64,000 bases of DNA from a virus (taxonomy: Duplodnaviria; Caudoviricetes), in IMG/VR virus record IMGVR_UViG_3300035497_000412; one strand, 5' to 3'. Below, one piece after another: positions 9,533-18,109 of the stretch; the first letter of the stretch is position 1; each line of letters starts with the position of its first letter. The notes under the pieces were generated by a model. That model made no database searches. It was not told the DNA's origin and saw nothing but the letters and a program-made list of their open reading frames with translations. Position numbers and translations under genes: made by a program.

Positions 9533-9606
9533 TTCCTGGTAATTTAATGGTAAAATGGCCAACTTATAATTGGTTCACGATAGTTCAATTCTATCCCAGG
9601 AAACCA
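9533..9606 (+). tRNA. tRNA-Ile(TAT)
   Basis: TTCCTGG/CCAGGAA acceptor, GCCAA-CTTATAA-TTGGT anticodon arm, ACCA. Confidence 0.85.
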
Positions 9607-9607
9607 A

Positions 9608-9680
9608 GAATAAAGACCTTAACAGCAATACTTTATTTGAAAGTAGGAGTTTATTAAACTTTTTATATAAGGTCTTGTTC
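9608..9680 (+). ncRNA. Y-RNA-like stem, copy 1 (AGAC-N5-CAGCAA...GTCTTG)
   Basis: Terminal helix AAGACCTTA/TAAGGTCTT followed by the conserved CAGCAA. Confidence 0.6.
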
Positions 9681-9684
9681 TATA

Positions 9685-9754
9685 GAGGATGTAGTGTAAA
9701 AGTAACACGCCATGTTTGGGACATGGAGTAGCGGGGCAGTACCGACATCTTCTA
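9685..9754 (+). tRNA. tRNA-Pro(TGG), atypical T arm, no encoded CCA
   Basis: CCATG-TTTGGGA-CATGG anticodon arm; acceptor GAGGATG/CATCTTC; followed directly by a ribozyme. Confidence 0.7.
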
Positions 9755-9811
9755 GGTTCACAATGGAAAATACCTTCACGCGGTGTGAACTGTTTAATAC
9801 TAAATTTTTCC
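9755..9811 (+). ncRNA. minimal HDV-like (theta-type) self-cleaving ribozyme
   Basis: P1 GGTTCAC/GTGAACT (G.U at the cut), P2 GGAAAA/TTTTCC, P3 ACC/GGT, L3 TTCACGC, J4/2 CTAA. Confidence 0.85.
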
Positions 9812-9933
9812 AAAAGACGCAACCAGCAATTTATTTTTTTTAATGGAGTTATATGTCACAAGTTCGAGTCTTGTCAATCAGCGGGATTGTAGCTCAGAAG
9901 GTAGAGCAATAACATAAAAAATGTGTCTTGTTT
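9812..9933 (+). ncRNA. YrlA-like Y RNA with a circularly permuted tRNA module
   Basis: Closing helix AAGACGC/GTGTCTT plus CAGCAA; inside, T arm 9858-9874, loop-closed acceptor-like stem 9875-9889, D arm 9892-9907, all closed by GTTAT/ATAAC. Confidence 0.75.
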
Positions 9934-9938
9934 CATAT

Positions 9939-10013
9939 AGGGGTGTAGCATAAAGGCTAGTGCGGCAGGCTTTGACCCTGAAGATAAGTGTTCGATTCAC
10001 TTCATCCCTGCCA
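9939..10013 (+). tRNA. tRNA-Gln(TTG)
   Basis: CAGG-CTTTGAC-CCTG anticodon arm, T arm, GCCA end. Confidence 0.85.
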
Positions 10014-10044
10014 TACAAAGATAAAAATAGAAAGGAAGAGAGAT

Positions 10045-10794
10045 GTGGCCGCAATTACTTTTAATGGCGCTGTATCAACTTGGTACAGTGGTTCCGCAAG
10101 AGTGTGGAGTTGCAGTAGTAGTTCTAATATAACCTATTCAAATCTTAGTGAAGGTTATATTGGTTATTATAAACCTAGTTCTACTGGATACCCATATGTT
10201 ACTTGTATTCGATTCACAGTAAGTGACTCAGGTTCTTTGGCCTTTTCTCCATCTTCACTTACGTTATGCCGGTAGAGCGGATATCCAACTTCTGGAACTG
10301 TTCGATGGCTTGTAAGTAAGACTGGAATAAGTTCTAGTAATGTTGATAGTATCTCAAGTTTAAGCAATAAGATTATCACAGAGCAAACCGCTTCCTGGAG
10401 TAGTAGCGATTTAGAAAAGTTTACTTTAAATATTGGTACTGCGACGGGCACTTTTGCTACTGATACTACTTACTATTTATGGATATATGGTTCATCTACA
10501 TCAGATGGACGTCTTTAGATTTATAATCCGACAAGTGCCACTTATTAGACAGTAACAACTCGTCCGGCTTTTACTTGGTCCAGTCTTACTGCGACAGATG
10601 CTAACACGTTAGCTGGATATGTTAATACTTATGTCAAATCTGGAGGAGCCACCACAGTTACGCAAGGCAGTAAGATTACAGCAACTTGGTATAATAAAAT
10701 TGCAGGAACTCTTGGGGTTTCCACAGTTACTACTGGCACGAAAATCACTAAAACTTTGCTGACTGCGTTAGCAACTGCATACAATTCCTATTAA
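10045..10794 (+). CDS. Ser/Thr-rich putative virion protein (3 in-frame TAG=Gln)
   Basis: Continuous frame from GTG 10045 to TAA 10794 when TAG is read through; beta-rich composition. Confidence 0.65.
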
Positions 10795-10806
10795 GGAGGC
10801 ACGTAC

Positions 10807-12198
10807 ATGAGTTTACAAATTTGGATGCCTCTTAATGGACATTTAAAAAATTTTGGATTAAGTAATGTAACTATAACCAACCATGGAGCAACGGCTAATA
10901 GCGATGGAAAAACTGGTTCATGTTACTATTTTGATGGAACCGACGATTATATAGAGATTTCCATCCCATCAACTATCACTTCTTTAAAGAACACTTCTTT
11001 AGCTATGTGGGTTAAAGGTAATTAGGCTTTTGGAGGTTTCTCCACTGATGGTACTGGAGTAGCTATTATGACCGCTTTTAATGCCAATTGGCATTTTTAT
11101 GCTTCTACTTGGGCCTATGTATCGGGTGGCAATATCGTAGATGGCGATTGGCATCATATAGCTTGCACGGTTGATGATGATACAATTACGACTTATCGCG
11201 ATGGTGTAAAAGTCGCAACTGCTTCAATCGCTTCTACTGGAATTTTAACTGATTTAACTTCTTCTAATTTTATTGAACTTGGTGCCGATCACCCAGGCGG
11301 TGATGAGTTTGGTACTGATTATATTAATGATTTTAGAGTATATGATCATTGTTTGTCTCCAAAAGAAGTGAAAGAACTTAGTAAAGGATTAATATTGCAT
11401 TACAAACTTGCGGACGCCGGCACTACTGAATATGATTGTTCTGGCTATATGCGTAATGGAACTAAATCTAGCGCTATTACTGCGAGTACCGACTCTCCTA
11501 GATATGATGGTTGCTGTGTTTTTGATGGGTCTAGTACATATATTGCCGCAGGTGAAGATGCAAAAGTTACAGATGAGATTTCAGTTTGCTGGTGGGGTTA
11601 TATGAGTGATTGGAGCGCATATCAAACTGCTATCAGTTGCACTGAAAATGCTGGTTGGAACTTTCAGCCATACAGTAATAATACTTTACTCTGTTGGATG
11701 GCGGGAACAGGTTCTTCTTCTAATACGTATAAACAAACCACTTACTCTCTTTCTAAATTGAGTTCTGGCTGGCATCATATCGTTGGCACTTATGATGGTT
11801 TACTTTTAAAATTATATGTAGATGGTGCTTTAGTTTCCTCTCTTACCGCTTATACGACAAAAACTCCGCTTTATTATAATTCTGCTAATGGCATTTTTGT
11901 CGGCAGCGAAGCTGGAAGTAATACGACAACACCAACAGGCCCTTATTTTAGTGGAAGCCTATCTGACTTCCGTATTTACGCTACAGCACTTTCCGCAGAT
12001 GATGTGGCAGAGTTATATCATACTTCTGCCATTGCGGATAATTCAGGAAATTTTTATGGTTATGAATTATCCGAAGGTGATAACTTAAATATTAGTAAAA
12101 CTGGTGTTATAAATGGTTCCGTCTTCCAAGAAGAAGATGGAAAGACAAAAATTGGTAGCGATGGAACTATTTATGCGAACATTTTTTATGAATATTAA
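10807..12198 (+). CDS. double LamG/ConA-like domain protein (TAG=Gln at 11023)
   Basis: FDGTDDYI, WHHIA/WHHIVGTYDG and INDFRVY/LSDFRIYATALS LamG repeats; the two track ORFs are in frame. Confidence 0.8.
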
Positions 12199-12266
12199 TT
12201 TGACTTTTTAAAAATTTTTTGATATAATATATATACAGTTAAGGAAGAAATTATTCTTCCTTACAT

Positions 12267-12340
12267 GGTCGATTAGTTTAATGGTAGAACAGGATACTTG
12301 TAATATTCAGGCGCGGGTCCGATTCCTGCATTGACCTCCA
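12267..12340 (+). tRNA. tRNA-Thr(TGT)
   Basis: GGATA-CTTGTAA-TATTC anticodon arm, TCCA end. Confidence 0.85.
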
Positions 12341-12385
12341 TGTGGTTACGTAATCTAAAAAATAAGAGAAAGAAGGCTTATACTA

Positions 12386-12739
12386 ATGGGCAATTATCCC
12401 ATCGACAAGTATAAATTTGTTGAAAGGACAACTAAGGAAGGAGTCCAGTAGGTTATAGCAATCTCTACATATGCGGGCAAGACAGTGAAAGGTGTCGCTA
12501 ATTGCGATCCAAGTGATAGATATTCATTTGAAGCAGGTAAAGCTCTAGCGGCGGCCCGCTGTGACTTAAAGGTTGCTACGAAGAGGGCTGCTCACGCAGA
12601 GCAGAGACGCCAAGAGGCACTTGAAGCATTAATTGTTGCGGAGAACGATGTTTCTCGTATGACAGATTATGTAAATGACGCTATTGTTGAAGCCGCGGTT
12701 GCGGAAGAGCGATTAAAGTCATTGATTGAAAAGTATTAA
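12386..12739 (+). CDS. hypothetical protein (one TAG=Gln)
   Basis: ATG 12386 is in frame through TAG to AISTYAGKTVKGVANCDPSD. Confidence 0.65.
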
Positions 12740-12785
12740 TAATTTTATAAGGGATAAGTATTACCTTATCCCTTATAAATCTTAT

Positions 12786-13099
12786 AGTGGCATGGTGTAA
12801 TGGTAGCACAGCGGTCTCTTGAAAATTGGACACCTAGCGTCGAAAGTGCTAGTGTGAATGGAGCCTAAAACGGGGAAACCCTAAGTGAATTTTTCATATG
12901 GCAATCCCGTGCTAAACTTCTACTTGTCAGTAGAAGAAATGTGTAGAGACTATATAGTTCCAATCTAACCCAAATTTTGGTATGATTAAGAGATAGTCCA
13001 GACCACAACAATTATTTTGGCTATGGAAACATAGTGTGGTAAGAAAACCGTATCCCCCTGAAGGAGTAAGTGAAAGTTCGAATCTTTCTGCCACTGCCA
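12786..13099 (+). tRNA. amber suppressor tRNA(CTA) with group I intron (exons 12786-12819 and 13044-13099)
   Basis: AGTGGCA/TGCCACT+GCCA; stem GCGGT/ACCGT; spliced loop CT-CTA-AA; long variable arm. Confidence 0.8.
12820..13043 (+). mobile_element. group I intron in the suppressor tRNA anticodon
   Basis: Core AAAACGGGGAAA, AATCCCGTG, GTAGAGACTA and AAGAGATAGTCC; follows U, ends in G; IGS ATTGGA pairs with TCT|AA. Confidence 0.9.
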
Positions 13100-13155
13100 G
13101 AAGTCTTCACGTTGGCGATGATGTTTTGACTAATTCTGTTAAAATAGATAGTTTT

Positions 13156-13183
13156 TGTCCTGAGTATGACATTAAACTGCTCA
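13156..13183 (+). ncRNA. H-type pseudoknot motif, copy 2 of 3
   Basis: TGTC-CTGAGTA-T-GACA-TTAAAC-TGCTCA. Confidence 0.6.
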
Positions 13184-13403
13184 TATTTATAAAAAGACTT
13201 GAAAAAAAAATAAAATTTGATTTTTCTTAAAATTTATAGTATAATATATATAGAAAGTGAGAGAGAGGATAAGATTTATATGAGAACTGTAGAATCTATT
13301 CAGAATAGAATTCATCTCCTTGAGAGTCGCGATCCGGTAACTAACGCAAATATTATTCGTAAGCTAAAGCGACAACTGAGAAAGCTTTCTTAATATAATA
13401 TTT

Positions 13404-13465
13404 AAAGGCGCAACCAGCAAATTTATTGTTATTTTATTAAGGGTTATAAATAACGCGCCTTGTTT
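13404..13465 (+). ncRNA. Y-RNA-like stem, copy 3
   Basis: AAGGCGC-AAC-CAGCAA...GCGCCTTG, with compensatory changes relative to the other copies. Confidence 0.6.
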
Positions 13466-13472
13466 TTTATAT

Positions 13473-13823
13473 GCCGCCGTGGTGGAATAGGTAGACACCA
13501 CAGACTTTTTGGAATACACAAGGACAACTTCATTAAAATCTTCCAAAAAAGTGTATTCTTAATAGAGCCATAAGATAGGAAACTTCTTATGGGATGTGCG
13601 CTAATTCGGCGAAACTCTCTTTGAGACAACGCCGAGCTAAGTTCAGATTTATCTGATAAATGTGTAGAGATCATATACGCACCTCCTAAGTCAGTATAAC
13701 TGATATGGAGAAGACATGATCCAGACTACAACGGTTTTGTCCAACCGGCTATGGCGACATAGAGTAGTAGGAAAATCTGTTATTGGAAACAATGTGCCGA
13801 TTCGAATTCGGCCGGCGGCACCA
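13473..13823 (+). tRNA. tRNA-Leu(TAA) with group I intron (exons 13473-13507 and 13772-13823)
   Basis: Stem ACAGA/TCTGT; spliced loop CT-TAA-AA; long variable arm; ACCA. Confidence 0.88.
13508..13771 (+). mobile_element. group I intron after U34 of tRNA-Leu(UAA)
   Basis: AATTCGGCGAAA, AACGCCGAG, GTAGAGATCA and GACATGATCC (P7); terminal G. Confidence 0.88.
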
Positions 13824-13869
13824 GCCCCTTGGGTCGGGGTATGAAAATAATACTTCACACAGTTACCTC

Positions 13870-13896
13870 TGTCCTGAGCATGACATTAAACTGCTC
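13870..13896 (+). ncRNA. H-type pseudoknot motif, copy 3 of 3
   Basis: TGTC-CTGAGCA-T-GACA-TTAAAC-TGCTC. Confidence 0.6.
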
Positions 13897-13942
13897 TTCG
13901 GGTTTATTAAATCCTGAACAAAGGAGCGTTACCTCTGTATAT

Positions 13943-14018
13943 GCGGTAGTAGTTCAATTGGTAGAGCACTTGCCTTCCAAGCAAGTTGTTGCGAGTTCAA
14001 GTCTCGTCTATCGCTCCA
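13943..14018 (+). tRNA. tRNA-Gly(TCC)
   Basis: CTTGC-CTTCCAA-GCAAG anticodon arm, TCCA end. Confidence 0.9.
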
Positions 14019-14046
14019 AATGAAAAAAAGAAAGGAGCCGTTTTTA

Positions 14047-14343
14047 ATGAGTAGATCCTATAAAAAGACTCCTCGGGCAGGAGATACTAAAAATAAGTTC
14101 TTGAAGCATTATGCTAATAAGCAGCTGCGAAAAAAAGATTTTGATACAGATTTATCCCATAATAACTATAAGAAGTTTTCTGAAAGCTGGAATATTTGCG
14201 ATTTCGAAGTCGTTGGAACTGATTTTAGTGACTATTGGAGAAACGTCGTACGCCAGTGGCATAGTTGGAAATATAGATATGATTCTTTCCCAGATAAAAA
14301 GCAAGCTTATAAAGAATGGTATAAGCATTTTAGGCGTAAGTGA
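14047..14343 (+). CDS. basic hypothetical protein (MSRSYKKTP N-terminus)
   Basis: AAGGAG RBS before ATG 14047. Confidence 0.55.
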   Translation: MSRSYKKTPRAGDTKNKFLKHYANKQLRKKDFDTDLSHNNYKKFSESWNICDFEVVGTDFSDYWRNVVRQWHSWKYRYDSFPDKKQAYKEWYKHFRRK

Positions 14344-14356
14344 GAAGGTCTGTTAA

Positions 14357-14569
14357 GTGGAAAATCAAGATAGTTGGTTAGCAACTTTAGCTAATCTTTG
14401 TTAGATTGCTTCATTTGATATGAATGTTACTGAAGTATCAAATGATGAAATTATGAAAAGACTTGAAAAATAGGATTTAGTTTTAGATCAATAGACTAAT
14501 GATTATTTAAAGAAAATAATCGAATAGAATGAGGAAATTTTAGAAATATTGCGGTCTTCCAGAAAATAA
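14357..14569 (+). CDS. small coiled-coil protein (4 TAG=Gln), absent from the ORF track
   Basis: 70-codon frame GTG...TAA that is open only when TAG is sense. Confidence 0.55.
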
Positions 14570-14859
14570 CCAATAAAAAGGAAAATTTTTGGAAGATCGC
14601 ATTTTTTTTGTAATTATTATATTATAGAAAATAAAATAGGAGTTATTACTATGACAATCAAGGAATTGATAGATGTGTTATCTAAAATGCCTCCAAATGT
14701 AGAGGTAGTTATTTTCAACGAAGATGGATTGCAAGACGAGTTTGATGTTGAGCTTTTTTATGGAGGAACTACTTGCATAATTACTCCTTATTCATATGAT
14801 TAATGGTTGCGGTTTTCCAGAAAAGAGTCAGTAAAAAGGAAATATTCTGGAAAACCGCA
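14549..14859. repeat. two related 53-nt hairpins (14549-14601, 14807-14859) flanking ORF 14651..14803
   Basis: TTGCGGTYTTCCAGAAAA...AAAAAGGAAA..TTYTGGAARAYCGCA occurs twice, each followed by a T-run. Confidence 0.7.
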
Positions 14860-14980
14860 GTTTTTTGATTTTTTTGTAAAATTATTATATAATATATATA
14901 GAAAAAGAGATATTGCAGCAATTTAATAATCAATTTACAGTCTTGCAAAAGACCAAGAGAAAAAGGAGATAATTATTATA

Positions 14981-16534
14981 ATGAATAGTTTTATTAATGG
15001 ATTGAAGAACGCTACTAATTTCACTTTTACGGAAAATCATGCAATCACACATAAAACCTCTAACTCTGATCTTCTGGATATGTTTGCTATGGGTGGCGCA
15101 TATAGAACCCGTTCTGATGAAGATTGTATTCTTCTTTTTAAGAACGCTCTTGAAGAAAATGAAGAGTATGCTATGAAGTGTTTGTTTTACCTCAGAGACG
15201 TTCGCGGAGGCCAGGGCGAACGCAGATTTTTCCGGGTATGTATGCGCTGGCTGGTCTCTGCGCGCCCTGAGACCGCTCGCCGCAATCTTCAGTATATTAG
15301 TGAGTATGGTAGATGGGATGATTTGATTTATATTTGCTATAAAACTCCTCTTTGGAAGGATTGCGTAGCTATTGTCAAGCATCAGCTGGCTTTGGATTGT
15401 GAAGATGTAATTATGAACAATGGCGCCGTGAGCCTGCTTGCAAAGTGGATGCCGAGTGAAAATACTTCTAGTGCCAAAACTAGAGAAGTAGCTTCTGCTC
15501 TGAGAAAGGGTCTTGGTATGACTTCTAAGCAGTACCGCAAGACTCTTTCTACCCTGCGTGAGCGTATCAATGTTCTTGAGCGTCTTATGTCCGCTGGAGA
15601 ATGGGATAAAATCGACTTTTCTAAGATTCCTTCTAAGGCTGGATTGAAGTATAAGAACGCTTTTGCAAAGCATGATCTTGACCGTATGGCTCTTGGAAAG
15701 CAGACTTATGAAGATTTTGCTAAAGATAAGAATACTACAGTAAATGCTGATACTCTTTATCCTTATGAAGTTGTTGCAGAAGTTATGAAGGTTTTTGGCG
15801 GCGTATATTCTCTTCGTTTTAATGCAGGCAAAGTTCCTTTGAATGACACTAATCGTTTGATGGTTAACAAATACTGGGACAATCTTTATGACTATTTCCA
15901 AGGGGCATCTTTGAATGCTATGGCGGTGGTTGATGTGTCTGGAAGTATGTTCGGTGATTGCGCTTCTGCCCCTCTCAATGTAGCTATTTCTCTTGGAATG
16001 TATTGCGCCGAGAAAGCAAAAGGTCCTTATGCTGGTCATTTTATGACTTTTAGTTCTAAGCCCGACTTCGTAAAAGTAGAAGGTGTTGATTTTTACGATA
16101 AGGTTGTTAGAATGACTAGAACTGATTGGGGTGGATCTACCAATATTGAAGCTTGTTTTGACTTGATGCTGAAGGTCGCTATTGATAATAATCTTTCTCA
16201 AGACGAAATTCCGGCAAGTTTGATTATTATCAGCGATATGGAATTTGACGACTGCGCTACTTCAAAAAGATGTAGACTCCGTCATGTCGGTGATACAGCC
16301 ACGTTGATGGAAATGATTGAAAAGAGATGGAATCAAGCTGGTTATAAAATGCCTTGCCTTACTTTCTGGAATGTTGATGCTCGTCACAACAATATTCCTA
16401 TGAAAGTTAAAGATGGCGTTCAGTTCGTTTCTGGTATGTCTCCTTCAATTTTCCAGATGGTGATGGAAAACAAGAATGCTTTCGATTTGATGTACTCTGT
16501 ACTTGATTCTGAAAGATATTCTGCAATTAAGTAA
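14981..16534 (+). CDS. DUF2828 (TROVE/Ro60-like) protein with vWA domain
   Basis: TEN, LRDVRGGQGER, EYGRWDDL, AKWMPSE, YRK, and vWA motifs DVSGSM and ISDMEFD. Confidence 0.8.
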   Translation: MNSFINGLKNATNFTFTENHAITHKTSNSDLLDMFAMGGAYRTRSDEDCILLFKNALEENEEYAMKCLFYLRDVRGGQGERRFFRVCMRWLVSARPETARRNLQYISEYGRWDDLIYICYKTPLWKDCVAIVKHQLALDCEDVIMNNGAVSLLAKWMPSENTSSAKTREVASALRKGLGMTSKQYRKTLSTLRERINVLERLMSAGEWDKIDFSKIPSKAGLKYKNAFAKHDLDRMALGKQTYEDFAKDKNTTVNADTLYPYEVVAEVMKVFGGVYSLRFNAGKVPLNDTNRLMVNKYWDNLYDYFQGASLNAMAVVDVSGSMFGDCASAPLNVAISLGMYCAEKAKGPYAGHFMTFSSKPDFVKVEGVDFYDKVVRMTRTDWGGSTNIEACFDLMLKVAIDNNLSQDEIPASLIIISDMEFDDCATSKRCRLRHVGDTATLMEMIEKRWNQAGYKMPCLTFWNVDARHNNIPMKVKDGVQFVSGMSPSIFQMVMENKNAFDLMYSVLDSERYSAIK

Positions 16535-16542
16535 AAAAAAAT

Positions 16543-16575
16543 AAGCCCGTTGAGTTAATTCTCAACGGGCTTTTA
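16543..16575. terminator. bidirectional intrinsic terminator
   Basis: AAGCCCGTTGAG-TTAATT-CTCAACGGGCTT between convergent genes. Confidence 0.85.
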
Positions 16576-16582
16576 ATTTTTA

Positions 16583-18109
16583 TTATGAAATAACTTTGTA
16601 TCTCAAATTTGTATAAGTAATAGTAACGGGGAAAGATCCACCATTTGAACTAAAACGAGAAGAAGAGTTAAATTGAATACCAGGATAAGTTGAACTCAAT
16701 CCTGCGGTTACACCACTTGTATTATCATAATTAGAACCATTATAGATACCAATATAGGTCTTAGCTGTATCTGTTAAAGTCTGACTATATGTCACTTCAT
16801 CAAAATATACCTTAACAGTTTCGCTACCAGTTAGACTTCCATCCGTAAAGAGGACGCCTTGAGACTTTGCAGTAAAGGTGATTGTTAAAGTATGAGTATC
16901 ATCATCAACAGTAAATGATTCACCACCGGCTTTTTCAGTATTGGTAGAAATCATGCTAGTAGTAACATATACGCTGTCATCAGTAGGAGTTTCAGTACCA
17001 GAATCCCCTCCGCTAGAAGTTTCAGTCTCAGGTTCTGTATATAATCTATATTGACCAATAGGGATATACTTTTTAGAATAGTCTGTATCTCCAGTGTCTT
17101 TAAAAACAATTGCTCTAATGTCAATATAATCTTCATATACATCAATTATAGCACCCTCAGACTCATTTGGCATACTCACTCGGGTTGAAGAAAGAGAAGA
17201 ATTACCAACACTTGAATCAATAGGATAAGCGCAAGAAGGTATATGAACGCACCAAGCAGAAGTTCTATTTACATTAGTGAGAGGCCAGACATTTGCTTTC
17301 TCCTCCCAATTTTGCAAATACCATTTCCAGTGACTATGACCATTAAACCATATAACTCTAGGGTAGGCGTCTCTTAATGCTTTTAATGACGTCAGCATGG
17401 TGCCGCTTAACCAGTTGCCGCTGGGGTAAATTTGCTAAAAATTTCCAGAAGCGTCTGGGAAAAACATATGCGTAATAACAAAACATCTATCATTTTTATA
17501 AGCTTCTAATTTATTTCCAAGCCAAGTGATATCAGCTGTGGCATATGTATTAGAACTAAATTCATATCTCTTCATTCCTAAAAATAGGAAATGATCAGTA
17601 ACATTATTGTGCGTTTTTGTAACTTCGTAAGAGTAAGTCGCGTCTGTAGACGTATATAAATCCGCAGTTCCAGTATACGTTTTCCAAGTAGCAATATCAA
17701 TATCGCTACTATTAGGACAATCATGATTACCGGTTGTAGGATAAACTGGAGTATTATTTGAAATTGCATTTAAGTTCTCTTGATATAAAGCTAATTCAGA
17801 ACTTAAATCGCCAGTGCTATAACTTGTTTGAGTGAGGTCGCCGCAAATTACTGTAAATTCTACATCTTCTTTTTCGTTGAAGAAAGTTAGAGCATTACGA
17901 ATGTCGTCCTGGTTTTCGTCAGCCTGACTTGTCTCATTATGGACGTCAGAAAGAACACCAAAACGATATAATCTTTCTCCAAAAGAGGGCTTAAATGAGC
18001 TGAGCGGGATCGCTCCAACTCGATTTCCATTTGAGTCATATACACCAATCTTTTTGGCAGCATATGGCGCAATATTTTGTTTATTAAAACCAGTGTAAGT
18101 ATTCGCCAT
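16583..18109 (-). CDS. calcineurin-like metallophosphoesterase with C-terminal beta domain (TAG=Gln at 17435-17437)
   Basis: SDVH, CGDL, GNHD, ITH and GHSH are split between two in-frame track ORFs. Confidence 0.8.

Noticed and set aside
9848-9913. Functional circularly permuted tRNA gene
   Set aside because: No anticodon loop or CCA can be reconstructed, and the acceptor-like stem is only 5 bp; YrlA-like fits better
9403-10044. Track ORFs overlapping tRNAs (9403, 9619, start of 9988; also 13036, 13444, 13829)
   Set aside because: They lie over tRNA, intron or ncRNA sequence and are spurious
14930-16201. 423-aa minus-strand ORF, and similar ones at 3374, 40931 and 41675
   Set aside because: Antisense shadows of codon-biased plus-strand genes, with no recognisable motifs
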